Of a stretch of DNA of 64,000 nucleotides, positions 27,901 to 33,895 are shown one piece after another (position 1 is the first letter of the stretch; every line of letters begins with the position of its first letter). This stretch comes from Clostridia bacterium. GTDB lineage: Bacteria > Bacillota > Peptococcia > DRI-13 > SM3-B62. The stretch lies in contig JAHDQS010000045.1 in assembly GCA_018433675.1 (NCBI GenBank), positions 70,356 through 134,355 of the forward strand. The letters are read 5' to 3'. The position numbers and the translations under genes are program-made. The notes under the pieces are model-generated. The model was not told the DNA's origin and did not search any database. It saw only the letters and a list, made by a program, of their open reading frames with translations.

Positions 27901-30522
27901 AAAGAGGGGTTTGTGGCGGGAGGATTCCCGGCTGAACAGGTTTTATGGATCACCGGCGGGACACGGGGACTTGGATATTTATGTGCCCGGCATTTTGTGG
28001 AGTGTTACGGTGTTAAACGCTTGGTTTTAACAGGACGGGAAGAGCTTCCGCCTCGTAGTGAGTGGGAAGGGTATCTGGAACAGGATGACGGGGTCGGCAA
28101 AAAGCTCAGGAATATTCTTTATCTGGAGGAACAAGGAGTACAGGTCTTGACTCCCCAGGTTTCGCTTACGGATGGCGAAGCTTTCAAAAAGTGTGTACAG
28201 GAAGTTACAAAGGCCCTGGGGCCAATCGGAGGAGTGATTCATTGCGCCGGCAGCAGCGATGCCAAGAATCCGGCTTTTATTCGCAAGCCGCTGCAAGGAC
28301 TAGCAGAGGTGCTGGCGCCGAAGGTCACAGGCATTAATGTTTTATATGAGGCCTTACGAGGGGAGCCCTTGCGGGTTTTCATGGTTTTTTCGTCCGTCGC
28401 CGGTCTTATTCCCACTTTGGGAGTGGGACAGAGCGATTACGCTATGGCCAATGCCTACCTGGATTACTTTGTCCAGGCCAAGGAGGGGGAGTTCCCGCTT
28501 TTGAGCATCCAATGGCCGAGTTGGAAAGAGACGGGGATGGGAGAGGTGAAAACCAGAGCCTTTCAGCAAACGGGGCTGTTGAGTCTGACTGATGAGGAAG
28601 GTTTAAGGCTGATGGATACCATTCTAGCGGCAAAGCTGGGTCCGGTGGTGATGCCGGCGGTGGTGCAAACGGAGTTATGGAAGCCCCAGCGTTTGATGAA
28701 GGCCAGGATCGAACAAGAGCCTGTGGCTGTGACCGGTCCGAGTTATTCGCTGACCGCAAGGGAGAAGAAAGGGGAGGAAGGAGATGCTTTCAGCCGGGTC
28801 CAGGCCTGGCTGGTCGGCTTGTTCTCCCGGGATCTGAAAATTCCTCCTGCCAAACTGGACGTGGATACACCCTTCCAGGAGTATGGGGTTGATTCGATTT
28901 TGCTGGCCCAATTGCTGCGTTCTGTTAATGAAGTGCTCCCGGAGGAAATAGATCCTTCCGTCTTTTATGAGTACTCTACGATCAGGCTTTTGACCTCGTG
29001 GCTGGTGGATAACCACGCCGAAAGCTTCCGGGATGCGGCTGCTTCTGCTGCCCGGGAGGAAGTGGACTCCGAAGTAAGCCGGGCACAACCTCAAGAGGCA
29101 GGTCAGGAGGCACGTTTGGAGTTGCAAGAGAGGGCTTCCGGGGAGGTGACGGTATCTGCGGGCATACCGGCAAGTGACTCTGAGATTGTGGTTGTCGGGA
29201 TGTCCTGCCGCTTTCCGGGAGCAGGTAACCTGGACGAATACTGGCAGCTGTTATCTCAGGGGAAAACAGCCATTCGTCCCGCACCGCCAGGTTGGCGGGA
29301 TTTCTCCAAGGAGTTCTGGGGAGGATTCATCGAAGACGCTACGTATTTTGATCCGGAATTCTTTTTGCTCCCGGAGGAAGACGCGGCGGAAATGGATCCT
29401 CAGGCCTTGTTGGTACTGGAGGAGAGCTTGAAAGCCTGGCATCATGCGGGTTATTCCCTTGCAGAGCTGAAAGGGAGACGTGTCGGGGTCTATTTAGGGG
29501 GCAGGGCACGTTACCAGCCAAGTGAAGCGGGACTGGATAAGACACGTAATCCCATTGTGGTTGTGGGGCAAAACTATCTGGCCGCAAATGTTTCACAATT
29601 CTTTGATCTGCGCGGGCCCAGCCTTGTTGTCGATACGGCGTGTTCTTCCGCTTTGGTAGGAATGCACATGGCACTACAGGCCTTGGTAAGCGGAGAGGTG
29701 GAAGCAGCCTTGGTGGGAGGGGTCAGTCTGTTGCACACGGACAAGACCCACCTGATATTTGAGCAGAGGCGGCTTCTTAATCCTGAGAATCGTTTTCATA
29801 TCTTTGACCGGCGTGCTGCCGGGATTGTGCTGGGGGAAGGGGTAGGCATGGTCGTTGTGAAAACAAAACAGCAAGCCTTGAAGGATAAGGACCGGATTTA
29901 TGCCCGGATCAAGGGGTTGGCCGTCAATAACGACGGGCGTACTGCGGGTCCGGCCACTCCCAATATCCAGGCGCAAAAGGAAGTCATGCTCGCAGCCCTG
30001 GAGAAAAGTAAAAAGAGGCCGGAGGAAATCGCTTATCTTGAGGCAAACGGTTCAGGCAGTGAGGTTACCGATCTGTTGGAATTAAAGGCCATCACCGGCG
30101 TCTATCGTGCGGCAAGCAAAGAACCACTTGCGTTAGGGTCTATTAAGCCAAACATCGGCCATCCTCTTTGTGCCGAGGGGATAGCGGGATTTATCAAGAC
30201 GGTTCTGATGCTGCATCACGGGCGGATGGTTCCCTTTTTATCCGGGCAGGAAGCGATGAAACACTTTGCCCTGGAAGAGACCCCGTTATATTTTTGCCGG
30301 GAGAGCAAAAAGTGGCAAGGTATACCGCGAGTGGCGGCACTCAACTGTTTTGCCGATGGGGGTACTAATGCCCATGTGATTCTACAGGCCCATGACGATT
30401 CGGAGAATAAACGTCCGCACAGGGAGCCCCTTGCACCTTTGACTTTAAAACGCCGTGATGTTCGTTCCACGGGGCAGGGTGGCAGGGAAAGCATCTGGAA
30501 GCGAAAAATTGTGGAGGGATGA
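18940..30522 (+). CDS. trans-AT type I polyketide synthase subunit 2: KR-ACP / KS-DH-KR-ACP0-ACP / KS-KR-ACP / KS0
   Basis: ATG at 18940, 1 nt after the subunit-1 stop (TGAgATG), preceded by AAGGGGGG. The track start at 18853 lies inside the upstream gene. The N-terminus LYKPCWRE matches the KR lead-in of the other modules. Confidence 0.95.
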   Translation: MKRQQETAPLAAVSEKTRVMLYKPCWREGRIKGQGNTAGADFRRLVVFCEPQGLQAEDIAGMIEGTNCLILQSREKEIEKRYQEYALELLREIQSIMGKKDESRVLIQVMISSQGEQRLFGGLSGLLKTAQAESSRLWVQLIMTDDWEKKGVIEMLRENGLSPQDAQVRYRDGKRQVTGWEEVTGAELAESIPWQDKGVYLITGGAGGLGLLFASEIARRVKNPVIVLAGRSSLDKVEKRLAKKFAGLGARIVYRQGDVSQKRETVDLVTGIREEFGSLNGIIHAAGVTRDSLIINKTADQLREVFAAKVEGLLNLETACRGMELDFLVLFSSVAASLGNPGQADYAAANAFLDCYAEYRREPETDEQKQFARIISYNWPLWQEGGMHVSPEAERSMRQKGFVPLGTVGGIKSFYQGWAYGGSLFMVLEGDGLRLKEVMSARAYPRLSDRKGPVSVKPERLLQETLGRLKELFGEITGLSREQIDAQEILESYGIDSVMISKLNSRLESVFREVSKTLFFEGRTLEAVARRLCEDYPEECMAWAHLQGGEEEPGDKELFGDDALEWGEDEEFPVLRPLKAPQMRAEGFEPIAVIGLSGKYPQAENLTEYWENLQAGKDCITEIPSERWSLEGFYLPDQQKAAATGKSYCKWGGFIDGFADFDPLFFNISPREALNMDPQERLFIEHCWQVLEDAGYTRQQLMEEYGGRVGVFAGITKTGFALYGPALWRQGEQAFPRTSFSSLANRVSYLFDLRGPSMPVDTMCSSSSTAIHEACRCLQRGECEIAIAGGVNLYLHPANYNELCVQQMLSPDGRSRAFGAGANGFVPGEGVGCVLLKSLSQAVEDGDNIYAVIKGTAVNHGGKTNGYTVPNPQAQSEVIRAALDNAGVKAREVSYLEAHGTGTRLGDPIEITGAKQAFESDTQERGYCSLGSVKSNIGHLEAAAGIAGLTKIVLQMRYKKLVPSLHAKVLNPNINFAKTPFVVQQEATDWNSKEYPRIAGLSSFGAGGANAHIVLEEYLPAARKHSVPAIDDERPAVIVLSARNKEDLKKRAEGLLSRLKAREYSEADLAALAYTLQVGREAMEERLGMTVVSLQELEEKLQGCLEGEEDKSDLYWGRVEQNKEKLAALATDEVVQENVSRWLENGEYGRLLEMWVRGLNLNWNRLYQGGKPKRLSLPGYPFARERYWLPEIKEGEEKGELVHSSLHPLLHRNTSDLKEQRYTSIFTGKEFFLRDHMVQGRHILPGVAYLEMARAAAELAAGDMQGENSCLKLKNVVWAQPAIVEEGEGLRLHLGLYPTAEGELAYEVYGASVIYSQGTIEIEGEKTRPKMDVAAAKAACSKGMLTGQQCYEIFSQMGIDYGPGHRAIEEVYLGEGVAVAKLVLPSAVKETSDGFVLHPTMMDGALQASLGLVLTAGASAPLVPFALEELEVYAGCVPRMWVLLRRSGSLDIDCCDEEGNVCVRLKGYFSRELKGEGTKTEETMLLEPCWREEDAASSVALSPAAGSENYGQHLVILCEAVKVKPKDVEGLWPGVRCLMLSSRKKDPAVRYGEYVLRVLQEIQGILRQKPKGRVLLQVVIPGHGESRLLAGLAGLLVTAGLENPQLCGQLIELEDWQGLERILRENREKPTAGRIRYREGTRYVAALAEVESFQKMPQSPWREGGRYLITGGAGGLGLLFAAEIARTTRNVTLILTGRSLLDTARENKIKELREAGAQVIYRQLDVIDQKAVENLVHAVVQEFGGLDGIIHSAGVIRDAFILNQSEAESLEVLSPKVNGLVNLDEATQDLKLDFFLLFSSQAAVLGNPGQAVYAAANAFLDSYVEYRNELVAVQERHGATLSVNWALWQEGGMGIEDAAEKIIRENTGMIPLRTSSAFLALYQGMEQGKARLMVMEGSRPLMERWLFGRQESGEYHGRENRRITEDLLVKAAALLQVGVEDLEEDTAWDEHGFDQVTLTKLVGELNREYGLQLSSAVFSSFPTLRSLAGYLSGQSAEEDGEQPGAAVSVPAHATADAAVLPAGELAEDAVEYLKKRLSAVIKLPPHRIEENAPLEKYGIDSVMVMQLTNELEKTFGSLPKTLFFEYQNLRELTGYFLEAHRVRLLDALGMGVERGEEDKPAAVVPWREETPRLVYERPRFATGWGRGRREDTSLSSDIAIIGLAGRYPGARNLREFWLNLSEGKDCITEIPAERWDHSRYFDEDRNKPGKTYSKWGGFLEGVDEFDPLFFNISPREAEIMEPQERLFLECVYETLEDAGYTRGSLASYRGRDLEGNIGVYVGVMYEEYQLYAAQQQLLGKPVTVSGNPSSVANRVSYFCNFHGPSMAIDTMCSSSITAIHLACRSLQNGECRLAIAGGVNVSIHPNKYLFLGQSNFVSSKGLCEAFGAGGDGYVPGEGVGAVLLKPLNEAVKDGDHIYGIVKGTALNHGGKTNGYSVPNPNAQAAVIGQALKGSGVNPRAVSYLEAHGTGTILGDPIEIAGLSKAFREHTKDTQFCAIGSVKSNIGHSESAAGIAGLTKVLLQMKHRQLVPSLHTDTLNPNIDFDTTPFVVQQKRAEWKPIVAEVGGGKKEYPLIAGVSSFGAGGSNAHLVVQEYIPEGERALPGFLSRKRPVLIVLSAKNEERLRERVLSLISIFQEEGLDEDDLVNVAYTLQVGREAMEERLALLVESVDEMVGKLQGFLSQKKDESGIYRGHIRQSKETIAVFAADEDMEKTLAAWIEKGKYGKLANLWVQGLDIDWRRLYTTGLPQRVSLPPYPFERERYWIPEKEALEEALDAGVSGTIRKTCFLQKQWELCPVVAGKSFTGKVAILATKETLSLAERLREYFSPGVVFEEEQLGLENGVFQEEAADWNGFIDLTGCGKEEQGSLTWLSRLQRLIENGKDRGLVVLGVTRGLEAFLQTEINLAGASRAGLYRMLQSEYGRLKSRHVELDPDSAIAESQLAEQIAAEFFAAGDEAEVCYRDGKRYQAVLREIPAERQEEKGEEKEGFVAGGFPAEQVLWITGGTRGLGYLCARHFVECYGVKRLVLTGREELPPRSEWEGYLEQDDGVGKKLRNILYLEEQGVQVLTPQVSLTDGEAFKKCVQEVTKALGPIGGVIHCAGSSDAKNPAFIRKPLQGLAEVLAPKVTGINVLYEALRGEPLRVFMVFSSVAGLIPTLGVGQSDYAMANAYLDYFVQAKEGEFPLLSIQWPSWKETGMGEVKTRAFQQTGLLSLTDEEGLRLMDTILAAKLGPVVMPAVVQTELWKPQRLMKARIEQEPVAVTGPSYSLTAREKKGEEGDAFSRVQAWLVGLFSRDLKIPPAKLDVDTPFQEYGVDSILLAQLLRSVNEVLPEEIDPSVFYEYSTIRLLTSWLVDNHAESFRDAAASAAREEVDSEVSRAQPQEAGQEARLELQERASGEVTVSAGIPASDSEIVVVGMSCRFPGAGNLDEYWQLLSQGKTAIRPAPPGWRDFSKEFWGGFIEDATYFDPEFFLLPEEDAAEMDPQALLVLEESLKAWHHAGYSLAELKGRRVGVYLGGRARYQPSEAGLDKTRNPIVVVGQNYLAANVSQFFDLRGPSLVVDTACSSALVGMHMALQALVSGEVEAALVGGVSLLHTDKTHLIFEQRRLLNPENRFHIFDRRAAGIVLGEGVGMVVVKTKQQALKDKDRIYARIKGLAVNNDGRTAGPATPNIQAQKEVMLAALEKSKKRPEEIAYLEANGSGSEVTDLLELKAITGVYRAASKEPLALGSIKPNIGHPLCAEGIAGFIKTVLMLHHGRMVPFLSGQEAMKHFALEETPLYFCRESKKWQGIPRVAALNCFADGGTNAHVILQAHDDSENKRPHREPLAPLTLKRRDVRSTGQGGRESIWKRKIVEG
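19246..20235 (+). other. PKS domain KR4 (completes the module split across subunits 1 and 2)
   Basis: LLKTAQAESS; KGVYLITGGAGGLG; HAAGVTRD; GQADYAAANAF. Confidence 0.9.
20320..20550 (+). other. PKS domain ACP4
   Basis: LESYGIDSVMISKL (Ser codon 20428-20430). Confidence 0.9.
20710..21993 (+). other. PKS domain KS5 (elongating)
   Basis: DTMCSSSS (Cys codon 21229-21231); EAHGTGTRLGDP; SNIGHLE. Confidence 0.9.
22555..23360 (+). other. PKS domain DH5
   Basis: LRDHMVQGRHILPG (His codon 22645-22647); YGPGHRA; LHPTMMDGALQ. Confidence 0.9.
23652..24632 (+). other. PKS domain KR5
   Basis: LLVTAGLENP; GGRYLITGGAGGLG; HSAGVIRD; GQAVYAAANAF. Confidence 0.9.
24706..24920 (+). other. PKS degenerate carrier domain (ACP0; phosphopantetheinyl Ser replaced by Gln)
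   Basis: Carrier-protein-like segment LLQVGVEDLEEDTAWDEHGFDQVTLTKLVGEL...LRSLAGYL. Gln codon 24802-24804 sits where the other ACPs have the DS Ser. Confidence 0.7.
25024..25240 (+). other. PKS domain ACP5
   Basis: LEKYGIDSVMVMQL (Ser codon 25120-25122). Confidence 0.9.
25411..26724 (+). other. PKS domain KS6 (elongating)
   Basis: DTMCSSSI (Cys codon 25933-25935); EAHGTGTILGDP; SNIGHSE. Confidence 0.9.
27300..28665 (+). other. PKS domain KR6 (no DH in this module)
   Basis: VLWITGGTRGLG (~nt 27940); GQSDYAMANAY. Reads HCAGSSDAKNP where the other six KRs have the xRD/LKD motif. Confidence 0.85.
28795..29015 (+). other. PKS domain ACP6
   Basis: FQEYGVDSILLAQL (Ser codon 28894-28896). Confidence 0.9.
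29185..30393 (+). other. PKS domain KS7 = KS0 (non-elongating)
   Basis: DTACSSAL (Cys codon 29641-29643) and PNIGHPL are retained. EAHGTGT is replaced by EANGSGS (Asn codon 30046-30048). No flanking LPTYPF region; the protein ends ~40 aa later. Confidence 0.85.
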
Positions 30523-30523
30523 A

Positions 30524-31330
30524 ATGGAGGAGAAATATCTTATCGGCATTGATAACCCAATCGTGAAGAACCATCAGGTCTACGGAAACTGTGTGCTGCC
30601 TGGTTTGGCCTATATCGATATGGTGTACCAGCTGTTTCGTGAGCAGGGCTATGACCATACCCGTCTGGAGCTGCGCAATCTTTCGATTTTCAATCCCTTG
30701 ATAGCGAGTAAGGACAAGGAGGTGACCCTCCATGTGCGCTGTGAAGAGGTTGCAAGCGGGAGATGGCGGATAGTCATGGAGGGAGGGGAGGACAACAAGC
30801 GGTATGCCACTGCCGAAATGCTGCAAACGGCACCGGTGGTCTTCGCAAAGGAGCCTGTGGCCCTTGATTGGGCAAAACAAGAGAACAAGAAGGCAAAAGA
30901 GGTTCTTGATTTGGAGGCGGCCTATGAATTCTGCCGTGAGCTTGAACTGCTGCATACAGGTTTCATGAAGGCGAAGGGTAAGGTTTACGGTACCGCTACT
31001 GAAATATGGGTCGATATTTCCCCGGGAGATGAATCCCGGGCCGTTAAGGAAGCTTTCATGTTTCATCCGGTCTTGCTCGACGGTGCCGCTATCGGCACGT
31101 GGGGGCTTCTTGCTACCCGTTTAGGGAAAAAACGGCAGCTAAGCCTGCCGCTTTTCTACGAGTCTTTTAAAGCAACTGGTTTGCTGCAGGAAAGTTGCTT
31201 TGTCAGGATTAAGTCTTCTTCCCTGCGGGAGAAAAAGGAACTCTCTTATCTGAGCATGGAGTTTTTCGATACAACGGGAAGAAAGGTTGCCGAACTGTTA
31301 AATTTCGCCGGTAAGGCGGTCAAAGAGCCC
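30524..31330 (+). other. PKS domain DH6 (divergent DH-like, directly after KS0)
   Basis: VKNHQVYGNCVLPG (His codon 30572-30574); FHPVLLDGAAIG (Asp kept, Gln absent); no YGP motif. Confidence 0.75.
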
Positions 31331-33895
31331 GGGCAGCTTGGACAGGTTGAGACCGAAAGGCCGCGAGCCGCCGAAGTAGAGACATTTTTACGGCAGTTGT
31401 TGGCAGAGAGGATGAGGATCCCGGCGGAGAAAATCAATACACAGGTGGGGTACTACGAGATGGGGCTGGATTCTACCGGCCTGTTAGGGCTGGTGGAGGA
31501 ACTGACCGCAAAAATTGGGGTTGACTTATCTCCTACCCTGTTGTTTGAGTATACGACCATAGCCGAACTGGCGGCCTATTTGAGTGAACATCATTCTGTA
31601 GGTTTTGCCTCCGGAGCCTCTGCCGGTTTGGAAGATGTCGATGAATCATCTGGGCCAAGAGAGAAAGGGGATATTGCCATTATTGGGATGGCGGGGCGTT
31701 ATCCTCAGGCCGGGAACCTTTGGGAGTATTGGGAGAACTTATGCGGGGGGAAGGAGTGTATTACGGAAATTCCCTCCTCCCGTTGGGAAAGGCAAGAGAT
31801 GGAAGGGCTTGAATCCCCGACCGGGAAGAGGATTTCCCAATGGGGCGGCTTTATCGATGATGTGGATTGTTTTGATGCGGAGTTTTTCCGGATTTCGCCG
31901 CGTCATGCGGAGGTCTTCGATCCCCAGGAACGGCTCTTTTTGGAGACCTGTTGGGAAGCCGTAGAGGATGCCGGTTATACCCCGGCCACATTGACCCCGC
32001 TCCGGAAGAACCGGAAGGGTCGGAAGGTAGGGGTTTTTGCCGGTGTAATGCACAGTGATTATCTGTTGTTGAGTGCCGAGGCGGCAGCTAAAGGCAGTTT
32101 TTTTCCCCTGCCCTTAAGCAGCGCCTCTATTTCCAACCGTACTTCCTACTTTTTCGACTTTTGCGGGCCGAGTATTACCCTGGATACGATGTGTTCTTCG
32201 TCGTTGACTGCCGTACACTTGGCAGCGGGTAGTATCAGGTGCGGGGAGTGTGAAGTGGCTTTGGCGGGAGGTGTCAATTTATCGCTCCATCCGTATAAAT
32301 ATATGTCTTACGGTTTGTTGGACATGTACAGTGATAAACCCCATTGTCATGCCTTCGGCAGTGAGGGAGACGGCTATATTTCAGCGGAGGGAGTGGGGGT
32401 GGTTGTCCTCAAACCCCTGGCAAAGGCCGTTGAGGACGGGGACAACATTTACGCGGTGATTAAGGGTAGTGCAATCAATCACGGGGGGACAACCAGCGGC
32501 TTTACGGTGCCAAATCCGGCCGCCCAGGCTGAACTGATTATCTCTTGTCTGGAGGAGGCGGGAATTAATCCCCGGACAATCAGTTACGTGGAGGCTGCCG
32601 CCGTAGGCTCCGCCCTGGGAGACCCGATTGAGGTGGCGGCCCTAACAAAAGCTTTTCGTCGGTACACTGCGGATAGGCAGTATTGTGCCATAGGTTCCGT
32701 TAAGTCCAATATCGGGCACGCGGAATCGGCTGCGGGGATCTCCCAGCTGATGAAGGCCGTCTTGCAAATACGGTACGGAGAACTGCTGCCTAGTATCAAC
32801 GCCGAGCCCTTAAACCCGGAAATAGATTTTACAAAGACCCCTTTTTATCTCCAAAAGGAAAAGAGGAGTTGGGAACGCCCGGAGGTAAATATCGACGGAG
32901 AGAAGCGAGTGTATCCCAGGCGTGGGGCTGTAAATTCTTTTGGGGCGGGGGGTTCTAATGTTCATATGATTATTGAGGAGCATCTTTTGTCAGACGAACC
33001 GTTGGCTGAAAAAGAGCTTTCCGCTGGGGCGGCAGGGGCTCAGGTTGTCATACTTTCAGCGAAAAACCCTTCGCGTTTGCAGGCGGTGGCACAGGGGTTG
33101 CTGGAGTTTCTGGAGTCAAGGAAAGGACAGGGCGGAATATCCCTGCAGGATTTAGCTTATACCTTTCAGGTGGGAAGGGTTGCCTGGGAATCACGCCTGG
33201 CCATGGTGGTCGCAAACCAAGAGGAGCTGGTTCAGGGGTTGAAGGTCTTTCTGGCGGGAGAAAAAGGAGCCAAGAACGTATTTGTTTCCGTTAAAGAAAA
33301 CGAAAATGCGGTAGGAGGAAAGAACACGGGGAAAAGCGGATCGGCAAAGAAACCTTCGGCAGCAGACGACCTTATGGGAGTTGCGGCGTACTGGGCGCAG
33401 GGGGGAGAAGTTGATTGGAAGACGCTGCACAAAGGGGCACGAGTCAAAAGGATTTCTTTGCCCACATATCCTTTTGAGCGTAAGCGTTATTGGGTTTCCC
33501 GCCAGAATGATGAGGAGGCGGTGGAAGGTTCACGGGAAGGTGGCTTGCAAGAATATCTTGTTCGGTTCTTGCAGCAGGAGCTTCGCCTCGCCGAGGGAGG
33601 AGTCGATTTAGACAGGAACCTGCAGGAGTATGGGGTGGATTCGATTATTACCATGAAGCTTTTGCGCAGTCTGGAAAAGGAGTATCGCTTTAAAGCCCCG
33701 CTGCGATCGGTGTTGGAACACCCGACGATTTCCTCGTTGGCTGAACACCTGATGTCATTAAAGACGGAAGCGGAGAGGGCAGTAACGAAAAAGACTGGAA
33801 TTGAAGAGGAAAACGGATATTTGGAAAAATTCAAGCAGGGGCTGTTGACCCTTGAGGAGATAGATGAATTGATTGAAAAAGGAGAGATAGTATGA
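30524..33895 (+). CDS. trans-AT type I polyketide synthase subunit 3: DH-ACP / KS0-ACP plus a short C-terminal helical tail
   Basis: ATG at 30524, 1 nt after the subunit-2 stop (GGAGGGATGAaATG). The track start at 30455 lies inside the upstream gene. Confidence 0.95.
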   Translation: MEEKYLIGIDNPIVKNHQVYGNCVLPGLAYIDMVYQLFREQGYDHTRLELRNLSIFNPLIASKDKEVTLHVRCEEVASGRWRIVMEGGEDNKRYATAEMLQTAPVVFAKEPVALDWAKQENKKAKEVLDLEAAYEFCRELELLHTGFMKAKGKVYGTATEIWVDISPGDESRAVKEAFMFHPVLLDGAAIGTWGLLATRLGKKRQLSLPLFYESFKATGLLQESCFVRIKSSSLREKKELSYLSMEFFDTTGRKVAELLNFAGKAVKEPGQLGQVETERPRAAEVETFLRQLLAERMRIPAEKINTQVGYYEMGLDSTGLLGLVEELTAKIGVDLSPTLLFEYTTIAELAAYLSEHHSVGFASGASAGLEDVDESSGPREKGDIAIIGMAGRYPQAGNLWEYWENLCGGKECITEIPSSRWERQEMEGLESPTGKRISQWGGFIDDVDCFDAEFFRISPRHAEVFDPQERLFLETCWEAVEDAGYTPATLTPLRKNRKGRKVGVFAGVMHSDYLLLSAEAAAKGSFFPLPLSSASISNRTSYFFDFCGPSITLDTMCSSSLTAVHLAAGSIRCGECEVALAGGVNLSLHPYKYMSYGLLDMYSDKPHCHAFGSEGDGYISAEGVGVVVLKPLAKAVEDGDNIYAVIKGSAINHGGTTSGFTVPNPAAQAELIISCLEEAGINPRTISYVEAAAVGSALGDPIEVAALTKAFRRYTADRQYCAIGSVKSNIGHAESAAGISQLMKAVLQIRYGELLPSINAEPLNPEIDFTKTPFYLQKEKRSWERPEVNIDGEKRVYPRRGAVNSFGAGGSNVHMIIEEHLLSDEPLAEKELSAGAAGAQVVILSAKNPSRLQAVAQGLLEFLESRKGQGGISLQDLAYTFQVGRVAWESRLAMVVANQEELVQGLKVFLAGEKGAKNVFVSVKENENAVGGKNTGKSGSAKKPSAADDLMGVAAYWAQGGEVDWKTLHKGARVKRISLPTYPFERKRYWVSRQNDEEAVEGSREGGLQEYLVRFLQQELRLAEGGVDLDRNLQEYGVDSIITMKLLRSLEKEYRFKAPLRSVLEHPTISSLAEHLMSLKTEAERAVTKKTGIEEENGYLEKFKQGLLTLEEIDELIEKGEIV
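31375..31595 (+). other. PKS domain ACP7
   Basis: YYEMGLDSTGLLGL (Ser codon 31472-31474). Confidence 0.85.
31673..32983 (+). other. PKS domain KS8 = KS0 (non-elongating)
   Basis: DTMCSSSL (Cys codon 32192-32194) and SNIGHAE are retained. EAHGTGT is replaced by EAAAVGS (Ala codon 32597-32599). Confidence 0.85.
33545..33765 (+). other. PKS domain ACP8 (terminal)
   Basis: LQEYGVDSIITMKL (Ser codon 33641-33643). Followed by a 43-aa charged tail, ...GLLTLEEIDELIEKGEIV. Confidence 0.85.
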
